Notes: generated by a model not told the origin, from the letters alone. A stretch of DNA of 50,859 bases from Thermoanaerobaculales bacterium (GCA_048061535.1 JBGMRN010000005.1:1-50859); one strand, 5' to 3'. Shown: positions 38,647-47,714, counted from the first letter of the stretch. Numbers and translations are program-made.

Positions 38647-39180
38647 ATGCCCGAAACCCTGCCCGAAGTACTCATCAGCGAGGAGGAAATCCAGGCCAAG
38701 GTGGTTGAGCTCGCCCGGCGAATCTCGGCGGACTACTGTGAGGTGGATGACCTCATCCTGGTAGGGGTCCTCAAGGGATCGTTCATCTTTCTCGCCGATA
38801 TCGCGCGCCGTCTGACCATCCCGCGCAGCGTCGACTTCATGGCCCTCACAACCTACGGCGACGGCACCACAACCGACGGAGCGGTCCGCATGCTCCTCGA
38901 TCTGCGTCGCAACATCGCCGGCAAGCACGTACTGGTGGTGGAGGACATCGTCGACACCGGCTACACCCTCGCCTACCTGATGCGCGCCCTCGCGGCGCGT
39001 CAGCCCGCCTCGCTCAAAACCTGCGTGCTGGTTCACAAACCTGATCGACGCGAGGTGTACGCACAGATCGACTACCTGGGATTCGAAATCCCCGACGTGT
39101 GGGTGGTCGGCTGCGGCCTCGACTGGGCCGAGAAGTTCCGGGCCCTGCCCTATATCGGAGTGGTGCACCCCGACGAGTGA
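38647..39180 (+). CDS. hpt: Hypoxanthine(-guanine) phosphoribosyltransferase
   Basis: Start MPETLPEVLISEEEIQAKV is preceded by AAGGAGGG. PRPP motif VLVVEDIVDTGYTL. The track ORF starts earlier (38497) with no homology-like sequence. Confidence 0.88.
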   Translation: MPETLPEVLISEEEIQAKVVELARRISADYCEVDDLILVGVLKGSFIFLADIARRLTIPRSVDFMALTTYGDGTTTDGAVRMLLDLRRNIAGKHVLVVEDIVDTGYTLAYLMRALAARQPASLKTCVLVHKPDRREVYAQIDYLGFEIPDVWVVGCGLDWAEKFRALPYIGVVHPDE

Positions 39181-39387
39181 GGGCGCGACGACCGAAGTTC
39201 GCGCTGCCACCAAAAGCGCCGTCACAGCTTGGCGCCGTCCGCCTCACAGCGTCGCGTCCGCGTAGCCGATCTCAGACCCAACATAAGATTTGAACTCAGA
39301 ACCGCTTCGTGTGACGCCGCTCACTGCGCGGCTGCGCCGCTGAACTTATATTCAATGGTGGACGTACCGGACAATCTCCTCCTTCCC

Positions 39388-39414
39388 AAGCCCGCTCGCG
39401 GGCTTGCTTTTTTT
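39388..39414 (+). terminator. Rho-independent terminator not adjacent to any CDS
   Basis: AAGCCCG-CTCG-CGGGCTT followed by GC and T7 (39408-39414). It lies 208 nt downstream of the hpt stop and 286 nt upstream of the next CDS. Confidence 0.6.
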
Positions 39415-39620
39415 CCTTTAATAGCTTGCCGCCACGGCCGTGGATATCGGCCTGCGCCATCATGCGGCATCGGCGCCTGCCGGCTGACCGGCTCACCTTT
39501 TTAACGAGGACATGCAGGTTCTGCAATCCAAATCCGTTCGCAGTCACGCACTTACGGTTGCCATGACGCCGCACACCGTGCTCACGCGGCCAACACTCCC
39601 AAGAATCCGTGGCCGTTCCT

Positions 39621-39662
39621 CGCGCCGGCATTCCGGATTCCGAATTCCCAGGAGCCGCCCCG
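39621..39662 (-). repeat. Single heptad unit, reverse orientation
   Basis: CGCGCCGGCATTCCGGATTCCGAATTCCCAGG. The reverse complement gives GGGAATTCGGAATCCGGAATGCCGGCGCG, the same architecture as 18137-18170. Confidence 0.75.
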
Positions 39663-39699
39663 GTAGACCTCGTGGATGATCCGGGCTAGCCTTGCTCCC

Positions 39700-41145
39700 A
39701 TGACCTCTTCCCTCTTCGACTCGACGTCGGTCCCGCCCGGTCGCCAGATCTACGGAAACCGAACTCTCAACCTGCGATCCATCGCCGCCATCGGTTACGA
39801 CATGGACTACACGCTCGTCCACTACCGCGCCGAGGTCTGGGAGCGGCGTGCCTACGACCGGCTCAAGGAACTGCTGGCGGCCGACGGATGGCCCGTCGCC
39901 GACCTCGAGTTCGACCCGGATCTAGTCATTCGCGGCTTGATCATCGACTCCGAGCTCGGCAACGTCGTCAAGGCGAATCGTTTCGGCTATGTGATGCGCG
40001 CATCGCACGGTACGCGGCTGATGGGATTCGAGCAACAGCGCGAAGCCTATCGCCACATTCCGGTCGATCTCTCGGAGCCGCGGTTTTTCTTCCTCAACAC
40101 CCTCTTCTCGTTATCCGAAAGCTGTCTCTACGCCCAGCTGGTGGATCTCTATGATGAGGACCGCTTCCCGGGTGTCCACGGTTACCAGGACCTGTTCCGC
40201 CAGGTGCGCGCGCGGCTCGACGAGACCCACGTTGAAGGCACCCTCAAGGCCGAGATCATCGCCAATCCGGAACCGTTCATCGACCTCGATCCCGAAGCGC
40301 CTCTGGCCCTGCTCGACCAGCTTCGCGCCGGCAAGCGCCTGATGCTCATCAGCAACGCCGAGTGGCCTTACGTCCGCGAGATCATGTCGTACGCCTACGA
40401 TCGGTTTCTCGGGCCCGACCTGACGTGGCGCGACCTCTTCGAGTTGGTCATCGTCAACGCCCGCAAGCCCGGGTTCTTCAGCTACAACCTGCCGCTTTTC
40501 TCGGTCGCCGACGAGGAGGCCGGTCTCCTCAGCCCGGTCCCCGGTCCCACCATCCCCGGTCCCGGAGTCTACCTGGGCGGCGACGCGTCCCGGGTGGAGC
40601 GGTACCTCGGCCTCTCGGGCGCCGAGATCCTTTACGTGGGTGACCATATCTACGCCGATGTACGCATGTCCAAGTCGAGCCTGCGGTGGCGAACGGCGCT
40701 GATTCTTCGCGAGCTCGAGGACGAACTGGCTGCAATTGCCGACTTCCGTCCCACTGAGAAGGTCCTCGTCGAGCTGATGGCCGAAAAAGAGCAGATCGAG
40801 GCCGCCCTGAGCCGAACCAGGCTGGCCCTGCAACGTCTCACCCAGGGCTACGGCGACCAGCCCGAGAGCTCGGTCACGACCCTCGAAGAAGATCTGGCGC
40901 GCCTGCGGGTCGAAATCGGGGCCATCGACGAGCGGGTGGCCCCGCTCGCGCGCAAGGCCTCCGAGCTCGAAAACCCGCGTTGGGGCGCTCTTTTGCGATC
41001 GGGCAACGACAAGAGTCACCTCGCCCGCCAGGTCGAACGCTCCGCCGACATCTATACCTCTCGGGTCTCGAACTTCCTCTTCGCGACTCCGTTCGCCTAC
41101 CTGCGCAGCCACCGGGGAAGCATGCCCCACGATCCGCTGAGCTGA
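39700..41145 (+). CDS. HAD-IG family 5'-nucleotidase (cN-II-like)
   Basis: IYGNRTLNLRSIAAIGYDMDYTLVHY resembles the cytosolic purine 5'-nucleotidase family N-terminus with the DMDYT catalytic motif. YVGDHIYADV is also present. Confidence 0.75.
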   Translation: MTSSLFDSTSVPPGRQIYGNRTLNLRSIAAIGYDMDYTLVHYRAEVWERRAYDRLKELLAADGWPVADLEFDPDLVIRGLIIDSELGNVVKANRFGYVMRASHGTRLMGFEQQREAYRHIPVDLSEPRFFFLNTLFSLSESCLYAQLVDLYDEDRFPGVHGYQDLFRQVRARLDETHVEGTLKAEIIANPEPFIDLDPEAPLALLDQLRAGKRLMLISNAEWPYVREIMSYAYDRFLGPDLTWRDLFELVIVNARKPGFFSYNLPLFSVADEEAGLLSPVPGPTIPGPGVYLGGDASRVERYLGLSGAEILYVGDHIYADVRMSKSSLRWRTALILRELEDELAAIADFRPTEKVLVELMAEKEQIEAALSRTRLALQRLTQGYGDQPESSVTTLEEDLARLRVEIGAIDERVAPLARKASELENPRWGALLRSGNDKSHLARQVERSADIYTSRVSNFLFATPFAYLRSHRGSMPHDPLS

Positions 41146-41164
41146 CGCGGAAGCCGCCCCCGAG

Positions 41165-41950
41165 ATGTTCCGCATCGCCGCCGTAAGTTATTTGAACGCC
41201 AAGCCTCTCGTGGACGGCCTCGAAGATGCAACCGATGTCGAGCTCGTCACCGATGTCCCGGCGCGCCTGCTCGACAAGCTCATCTCGGGTCGCGCCGACG
41301 TCGCCCTCTGCCCGGTCATCGATTTCCAATTCTCGCCGCGGGAGCTGGTAATCGTGCCCTCAGGCGGCATCAGCTCGGACGGCGCCACGCTCACGGTTCG
41401 GGTGTTCAGCTCGACGCCGCTCGAGGACCTGCGCCACGTGTGGGTTGATGGCGACAGCCACACCTCAGCGGCCCTGCTCCAGGTCGTCTTCGCCGAGCGC
41501 CACGGCCGGCGGCTCGCTCTCAGCACGCTGCGCAGCACGGAAGAGACACCTCGCGCGGTCCTCCTCATCGGCGACAAGGTGGTGCGCAACGAGCCCGACC
41601 TCAACCGCTATCCTTACCAGCTCGACCTCGGTGAGGAGTGGAAGAGTCTCACCGGCCTTCCCTTCGTCTTCGCCGCCTGGATGGCCCGAGCCGGCGCCGA
41701 GCTCGGCGATCTGCCCGATCTTCTCAACCGTCGCCGCGAAGCCAACAGCAGCCGGATCGAAACGATCGCAACCGCCCACGCGCGTCCGGCGGGCTGGCCG
41801 GACGAGCTCGCCCGGGAGTATCTCCAAGAGATCCTGAGCTTTGAGGTCGGCTCCCGTGAACTGGAGGCGATTCAACTCTTTTGGTCGAAATGCCACACCC
41901 TCGGCCTCATCGAGAGCCTTCGGCCGATGCAGCTCTACCGCAATTCTTAA
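41165..41950 (+). CDS. mqnA: Chorismate dehydratase (futalosine pathway, MqnA)
   Basis: 261 aa. MFRIAAVSYLNAKPL and the PBP-like fold signature are typical of MqnA. Confidence 0.78.
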   Translation: MFRIAAVSYLNAKPLVDGLEDATDVELVTDVPARLLDKLISGRADVALCPVIDFQFSPRELVIVPSGGISSDGATLTVRVFSSTPLEDLRHVWVDGDSHTSAALLQVVFAERHGRRLALSTLRSTEETPRAVLLIGDKVVRNEPDLNRYPYQLDLGEEWKSLTGLPFVFAAWMARAGAELGDLPDLLNRRREANSSRIETIATAHARPAGWPDELAREYLQEILSFEVGSRELEAIQLFWSKCHTLGLIESLRPMQLYRNS

Positions 41951-41981
41951 TTCTTAATTTTGAATTTCGAATTGAAAATTA
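41942..41981. repeat. AATTCTT-type heptad array with A/T-only hairpin between convergent mqnA and DASS genes
   Basis: AATTCTTAATTCTTAATTTTGAATTTCGAATTGAAAATTA. Hairpin 41956-41980 has 10 of 11 stem pairs and loop TCG. Both stop codons (41948-41950 and 41979-41981) lie inside the array. Confidence 0.8.
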
Positions 41982-43433
41982 GCCGAGCGGTAAGACGAGC
42001 CTGCCCAGCGTGAGCACCGCGAAAGTGGTCAAAACCGCGCCGATGAGATTAAGCCACAGGCCCTCGCCGCACAGGTCTCTCGCCGAAACATGTCCGGACC
42101 CCATGACGATGGCGTTGGGAGGCGTCGCCACCGGCAACATGAACGCGCACGAAGCCGATACCGTCGCCGGCACCATCAGAAGGTACGGATGGACGCCGAG
42201 CACCCGCGACAACGCCGCCATCACCGGCATGAGGAGAGTGGCGGTGGCGGTGTTCGACGTGAACTCGGTGGCGCTGGTTGTGATCACGCAGATGCTCAGA
42301 ATCACCAACGGAAGGGGCAGAACCGCCAGCCCATGCAGGCTCTCGGCGAGCCAGGTATCGAGGCTCGCGACGCGCACCGCATCCGCGATCGCGAACCCTC
42401 CGCCGAAGAGAAGCAGCACTCCCCACGGCACTCCGTGCCGGATCTCGTCCCAACCGAGCAGACGACGACCGCCCAACCCCTCCGCAGGGATCAGGGTGGT
42501 CAGGATCGCGGCTGCAATCGCCGGCACCGCGTCGGTCACCGACCTCGGATCGGGGAGCAACGAGCTCCATCCTGGAATAGACAGCGAACCGAAGTCGAGG
42601 CTCGCCCGCGTGACCCACGCTACCGCGGTGAGGAAGAAAAGGACCGCTACCCGCCGCTCGTGGCTTGTGAGCGGGCCGAGCGCAGCCCGTTCCTGGGCCA
42701 GTCCTGAGTCATCGCCGGAGTCCGAAGGAAGACCCCGCCCGAGCTGCAATCCGACGACCGGCAGGAAGAGCAGCACGAAGGGAACCCCGAAAAGCATCCA
42801 CCCGCCGAAGCTGAGGGGCTCCAGGTCGGGCAGAAGCGTTGGCCCCATTCCCGCCAGCACCAGGTTCGGCGGGGTGCCCACAAGGGTGCCGATACCGCCG
42901 ATCGAGGCGCCGTAGGCCACGGCCAGCATCAGACGGGTTGGCGCGCCGGGGTGGTCGAGTCGCGACCCAACGCCGGCCGCGATCGGCAGCATCATGAGGG
43001 TCGTCGCGGTATTGGAGAGCCACATCGACAGCATTGCGGTGGCGAGGAGGAAACCCCACACCAACCGCCGCGGCGAGGATCCGATAGCCTGGAGAATGGC
43101 GAGAGCGAACCGGCGGTGGAGACCCGATCGCTCCACCGCCAGGGCGAGCACGAACCCGCCGAGGAACAGAAAAATCATGTGGTTGGAGTAGTTGGGGGCC
43201 ACGTCCCGCACGCCGCGGATGGCCAGGAGGGGGAAGAGGATCAAGGGCAGCATCGAGGTCACGGCAAGCGGTGCGGCCTCGGTCATCCACCACACCGCCA
43301 TCCACACAATAACCGCGGCCACAAGTTTGGCCGACCCGGAGAGGTTGCCGGTGGGCACAACCAGGAGGAGAAGAAAGGCCGCCGGGCCGAGTATGCGGCC
43401 GACAACCGCAGCTTGCAGCGCGCCCGCTCTCAA
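41979..43433 (-). CDS. DASS/SLC13-family Na+:anion (sulfate/dicarboxylate) symporter
   Basis: 484-aa polytopic protein. SNTATT and SNTATATLLMP hairpin motifs are typical of DASS transporters. Confidence 0.8.
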   Translation of the reverse strand: MRAGALQAAVVGRILGPAAFLLLLVVPTGNLSGSAKLVAAVIVWMAVWWMTEAAPLAVTSMLPLILFPLLAIRGVRDVAPNYSNHMIFLFLGGFVLALAVERSGLHRRFALAILQAIGSSPRRLVWGFLLATAMLSMWLSNTATTLMMLPIAAGVGSRLDHPGAPTRLMLAVAYGASIGGIGTLVGTPPNLVLAGMGPTLLPDLEPLSFGGWMLFGVPFVLLFLPVVGLQLGRGLPSDSGDDSGLAQERAALGPLTSHERRVAVLFFLTAVAWVTRASLDFGSLSIPGWSSLLPDPRSVTDAVPAIAAAILTTLIPAEGLGGRRLLGWDEIRHGVPWGVLLLFGGGFAIADAVRVASLDTWLAESLHGLAVLPLPLVILSICVITTSATEFTSNTATATLLMPVMAALSRVLGVHPYLLMVPATVSASCAFMLPVATPPNAIVMGSGHVSARDLCGEGLWLNLIGAVLTTFAVLTLGRLVLPLG

Positions 43434-43434
43434 C

Positions 43435-43788
43435 TCAGCCTCGATCCGGCCACCAGCGGCAGACCTCGAGGTCGAGGGTGCCGTTGGCCCGAAAGTGCAC
43501 GCCTTCGGCCTCGAGCAGAGCCCGCTGCAGACCCTTGGGAAAGTCGGGCAGCCGGTCAGTGGAACAGCCGCCCGAGGCGTTGACCACCCGCTGCCAGGGA
43601 AGCTCCTCCGGACAGCGGTGGAGCATCCAACCCACGGCCCTCGGCGACAACCTCGAGCTCATCAACTCGGAGATTTGCCCATAGCTCATCACCCTGCCAC
43701 GTGGAATCCGGCGGACGAGGGCGAAGACCTCATCCTGCGCCCGCAGGCGCTCGCCCTCAATCTCGCCGTGGACTCGTTTCATCGCCAC
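43435..43788 (-). CDS. atl: Alkyltransferase-like protein (MGMT DNA-binding domain, no catalytic Cys)
   Basis: 117 aa. RIPRGRVMSYGQISE helix-turn-helix, and the active-site pentapeptide reads PWQRV instead of PCHRV. Confidence 0.75.
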   Translation of the reverse strand: MAMKRVHGEIEGERLRAQDEVFALVRRIPRGRVMSYGQISELMSSRLSPRAVGWMLHRCPEELPWQRVVNASGGCSTDRLPDFPKGLQRALLEAEGVHFRANGTLDLEVCRWWPDRG

Positions 43789-43852
43789 AGATTCACCCTA
43801 CCACCGCCCGACGGGCAGACGGAGACGGGAATGGCCGCGCTACCATGGCCGG

Positions 43853-46264
43853 GTGTTTGCTCAGGTCGCCATCCCCCGCTCTGCTCCCGAGGCTTTGACC
43901 TACCTCGTCCCGGAGCACCTCGAACCCTTTGCCGTGCCCGGGGTTCGGGTACGGGTACCCTTGCGCAAGCGAACCGTGACCGGCGTGATCACCGAAATCT
44001 CCACGACCAGTGACCTCGCCAGGATCCGCCCGTTGACCGAGGTCCTCGACCCCGAACCGCTGCTCCCTCCCCATCTCTTCCACCTTGCGGAGTTCATCGC
44101 CCGCTACTACCGCTGCCCGCTCGGCGACACCCTGGCGGCCATGCTCCCTGTGGGTCTACTGCGCAGCGACGGTGAGGTTGCCCGACTTACTCCGTCAGGC
44201 GCCGCCACCGACCCGGCACCGCTTCCGGCCAGGCAGCGTGCAATTCTCAGCGAGCTTCAGAAGGCCGGCAAGCTCGGAGTCCCTGCCCTTCTCGGGCGTG
44301 CCGGCGCCTCCGTCCGCAGCCCCCTCGACGCCTTAGTCGCGACCGGACTGGCCAAGGTCAGCCGTCGCCGCCGCGACCGCCCTCCCGAAGCCGAAGTGGC
44401 GGCGGTCCGTCTCCCGGAAATCCTAATCGAGGATCTCCTCGAACGCTGCCACCGCGCGCCACGGCGGCGCGCGGTGTTGGAGTGGCTCGCCGAACAGGGC
44501 CGCCCGGCTCTCGCCTCCGAGGTCTGCGCGGCCGTCGATTGTTCGGCCGCGACCCTGCGCACGATGGCCTCGGCCGGGCTCCTGCTCCGATTCAAACAAG
44601 CTGCGCCCCGCCGCCCGCGTTGGGTCCTCCAACCGGCCACCGACCGCCACCGTCTCACCGGCGAGCAACGCACTGTCGTCGATGCGGTGGAGAAGGCCAT
44701 TTCCGCCGGGGGCTACGCGCCGTTTCTTCTCGAAGGGGTCACCGGTTCGGGCAAGACCGAGGTCTATCTCCAGTGTCTCGAGCAGACCTTGGCCGGCGAC
44801 CGGAGTGGGATCGTCCTGGTGCCGGAAATTGGTCTCACACCGGCCGCGTCCGGGGCGGTGGAGCGCCGTTTCGGCTCCCGGGTTGCAGTGCTCCACTCCG
44901 CCCTGTCAGACGGAGAACGTTGGCGGGAATGGCGTCGCATCCGTGACCGGGAGGTGCGGATCGTCGTCGGACCGAGATCCGCGCTTTTTGCCCCGTTCGA
45001 CGACCTCGGCCTCATCATCGTCGACGAGGAACACGACGGCGCCTACAAGCAGCAGGAAGCGCCGCGATACCACGCCCGCGACCTGGCTCTGGTCACCGCC
45101 CAGCACCTCGGCGTGCCGGTGGTTCTGTGCTCCGCGACCCCATCGGTCGAGTCCTCGGCCCTGGTGAAGCGGGGGTTCGCCACCCATCTTCGGCTGACCC
45201 ACCGGGTGGCGGGAGGGGAGCTCCCCTCGGTGGAATTGGTCGATCTCCGCGGCCAGCCGCCCGAACCCGGGGAGCAGGGGCGCACCCTCTTCTCCGGGCG
45301 TCTGCTCGAGCTGCTCGCAGAGACGATCGGGCGCGGAGAACAGACAATTCTGCTCATGCAGCGGCGGGGTTGGGCGCCGGTTCTTCTCTGTCGCGACTGC
45401 GGTCATCGGCTCGAGTGCCCGGCGTGCTCGGTCTCGCTGGTTGTGCACCAGCGCTCGGGAGACCTGCGCTGCCACTACTGCAGCCACCGCGAGAAGGTGC
45501 CCAAACGCTGCCAATCTTGCGGGGGCGACCTGCTCGATGCGGTCGGCGCCGGCACCGAAAAGGTCGCCCACCATCTGCGACGCCACTTCCCCGGGATCTC
45601 CAGCGCCATCCTCGACCGCGACACCGTTCGTCGCCGTTCGGGACTGCAGGACACCCTCGGCGCCTTCGCCGCCGGAACCGTCCAGGTGCTCATCGGAACC
45701 CAGATGGTCGCCAAGGGGCACCACTTCCCAAACGTCACCTTGACCGGTGTGATCTCGGCAGACGCCATGCTCGGACTGCCCGATTTTCGCGCTGGAGAAC
45801 GAACATTCCAGCTTCTGACCCAGGTCGCGGGCCGGTCGGGGCGGGGAGAGCGACCCGGGCGTGTGGTCATCCAGACCTACTACCCCGACCACCCCGCAGT
45901 TCGCCTGGCCTGCCACCACGACGTCACCGGATTCTTGGCCGAAGAGCTGGTCTTCCGCCGCAGCTTCTCCTACCCGCCGGTAACCCGCCTCGCGCTGGTG
46001 CGATTCGAGGCGCCCGCCGAGCGGCTGAGCCGGAACGCTGCCGAAGCCGCCGCGAGAGCGGCATTGCCTCTGCCCCGAAACGTGCGCCTCCGCGGACCGG
46101 CGCCGGCGCCCCTGGAACGCATCCGATCGATGTGGCGGTGGCAGCTGCTGATCTCGGCGGCCAACCGCGAGCTCTTACGCGAGGTGCTGGAGAGAATCGA
46201 GGCCGAGACGGTGCCGAAGGGCGTGCGCCGGATCGTCGACGTCGATCCAAGCTCGACGTTGTGA
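43853..46264 (+). CDS. priA: Primosomal protein N' (replication restart helicase PriA)
   Basis: 803 aa. Walker A GVTGSGKTEVY, DEEH box VDEEHD and a Cys-rich zinc region CRDCGHRLECPACS...CHYCSH...CQSCGG. Confidence 0.92.
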   Translation: MFAQVAIPRSAPEALTYLVPEHLEPFAVPGVRVRVPLRKRTVTGVITEISTTSDLARIRPLTEVLDPEPLLPPHLFHLAEFIARYYRCPLGDTLAAMLPVGLLRSDGEVARLTPSGAATDPAPLPARQRAILSELQKAGKLGVPALLGRAGASVRSPLDALVATGLAKVSRRRRDRPPEAEVAAVRLPEILIEDLLERCHRAPRRRAVLEWLAEQGRPALASEVCAAVDCSAATLRTMASAGLLLRFKQAAPRRPRWVLQPATDRHRLTGEQRTVVDAVEKAISAGGYAPFLLEGVTGSGKTEVYLQCLEQTLAGDRSGIVLVPEIGLTPAASGAVERRFGSRVAVLHSALSDGERWREWRRIRDREVRIVVGPRSALFAPFDDLGLIIVDEEHDGAYKQQEAPRYHARDLALVTAQHLGVPVVLCSATPSVESSALVKRGFATHLRLTHRVAGGELPSVELVDLRGQPPEPGEQGRTLFSGRLLELLAETIGRGEQTILLMQRRGWAPVLLCRDCGHRLECPACSVSLVVHQRSGDLRCHYCSHREKVPKRCQSCGGDLLDAVGAGTEKVAHHLRRHFPGISSAILDRDTVRRRSGLQDTLGAFAAGTVQVLIGTQMVAKGHHFPNVTLTGVISADAMLGLPDFRAGERTFQLLTQVAGRSGRGERPGRVVIQTYYPDHPAVRLACHHDVTGFLAEELVFRRSFSYPPVTRLALVRFEAPAERLSRNAAEAAARAALPLPRNVRLRGPAPAPLERIRSMWRWQLLISAANRELLREVLERIEAETVPKGVRRIVDVDPSSTL

Positions 46265-46410
46265 ATTCCCGTCTTGTCTCCGTGCCCGTGCCCGCGTTCG
46301 GTTTCCAGAAGGGCGCTTCCGGTTTCAACGCGCCCTTTCTACAGCAACGCGTTCCAGAGCTCCAGATTTGTGCCTCTGGCAGGAAGCGCAACCTGCTGTC
46401 GTCGCGCTTC

Positions 46411-46442
46411 CCGCGGATTTGGATTCCGAATTCCGAATTGCC
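46411..46442 (-). repeat. Single heptad unit, reverse orientation
   Basis: CCGCGGATTTGGATTCCGAATTCCGAATTGCC. The reverse complement gives AATTCGGAATTCGGAATCCAAATCCGCGG. Confidence 0.75.
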
Positions 46443-46478
46443 TTGCTATCCTCTTCAAAACTTGAGAGATTGGCGGAT

Positions 46479-47714
46479 ATGCGTGACGAAGGGTTCGGAG
46501 GCTGGTTGGTAAAAGAGGGGTTGTTGAGGCCGGAGGGCCTGAGGCAGGCGCTCGACACCCAGCAGACCATCCAAACGCAGCTGGACACCATTCTGCTCGA
46601 CCTCAAGCTGCTCCCGGAACAAACCCTGCTCAACGCCCTCGGTAGCTTCCACAAGACCCGTACAGTGAGCGGCGCCGAGCTCTCGGCAATCAGCCCGGCG
46701 GTCGCACGGCTGGTTTCACCGCGGATTGCATCCCGCCTTCAGATCGTGCCGTTCAAGCTCGAAGGCAAGACACTCTCGGTGGCTGGGCTCGATCCGGGAG
46801 ACCTGCTGGTCGAGGACGAATTGGCGCTGATGACCGGATGCATGGTAGGAAGTTACGTCACCCTGGAAGCTCGGCTCATGGAGGCCCTCCACCGCCTGTA
46901 CGGAGTGCAACTCACACCCCAGTTCGTCTCCCTGGTCAAACGCCTGTCGGGGTTGAGACGTCCGGCGCCGGCTGAGACCAAGGCCCTCACCGATTCGCCC
47001 AAGGCCGCCCGGTCTGCGAGCCGAATAGAAACACCAAGGCCGGCCGCGCGCGCCGGGCGGCGCCCCCGCCGCCCGCCACCGATTGAAGAGCAGCTCGAGG
47101 TCAGCACCGAGGAGCTCGAGCTCTTTCCCTCCCTCCGCAACAGTGTCGGTGACATGCACCCGGGGGCGCATTCGGTCGCCGTCATGCCGGACCCTCGGGT
47201 CGCCACTGCCGATCTTGGCCCCGAGGAACGGTTGGCGGAAGCGGCAGTCGGTCTGCAGAACGCAGAAATGCGCGAGGACATAGCCGATGCTGTCCTCGGC
47301 TTTTGCGCTCCGCTATTCCGTCGGCGTCTGTTGCTGGCGATGCGACGAGACCGGGTAATGGGCTGGCGGGGCGAGGGTGACGGCATCGACCCGTCAAAGG
47401 TTCGGGCCATCGACATCCCGCTGGCCGAGCCATCCGTTTTTGTCGGCCTCACCCACGGCGCCGAGTTCTGGCTGGGACCCTTGCCGACGATGCCGCGCAA
47501 CCTCGAAATCGTGCTGGCCCTCGGCGGAACGGCTCCGACAGAGTGCTTCCTCCTTCCGATGACCGTACGTGAAAAGACTGTTTGCTTCCTTTATGGCGAC
47601 AACGTGGACGATGGCGTCGGCGGGCTCCCCATGAGGGATCTCCGCCGGCTGGGCGCCAAGGCGAGCCTGGCATTCCAGGTCTATCTGATGAAGAGTAAGA
47701 TTCGAAACCTGTAA
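46479..47714 (+). CDS. MshEN/T2SSE_N-domain protein with GAF-like C-terminal domain
   Basis: The N-terminus matches the bipartite MshEN motif, followed by T2SSE_N-like IVPFKLEGKTLSVAGLDPGDLLVEDELALMTG. A Pro/Arg-rich linker separates it from a C-terminal domain of unknown type. There is no ATPase domain. ATG 46479 is chosen over the track start 46368. Confidence 0.65.
   Translation: MRDEGFGGWLVKEGLLRPEGLRQALDTQQTIQTQLDTILLDLKLLPEQTLLNALGSFHKTRTVSGAELSAISPAVARLVSPRIASRLQIVPFKLEGKTLSVAGLDPGDLLVEDELALMTGCMVGSYVTLEARLMEALHRLYGVQLTPQFVSLVKRLSGLRRPAPAETKALTDSPKAARSASRIETPRPAARAGRRPRRPPPIEEQLEVSTEELELFPSLRNSVGDMHPGAHSVAVMPDPRVATADLGPEERLAEAAVGLQNAEMREDIADAVLGFCAPLFRRRLLLAMRRDRVMGWRGEGDGIDPSKVRAIDIPLAEPSVFVGLTHGAEFWLGPLPTMPRNLEIVLALGGTAPTECFLLPMTVREKTVCFLYGDNVDDGVGGLPMRDLRRLGAKASLAFQVYLMKSKIRNL

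Noticed and set aside
39229-39504. 91-aa plus-strand ORF and 111-aa minus-strand ORF (39296-39631) in the long hpt/5'-nucleotidase gap.
   Set aside because: There is no RBS. The composition is unlike that of the real proteins here, and the plus-strand ORF would read straight through a strong intrinsic terminator hairpin and T-tract.
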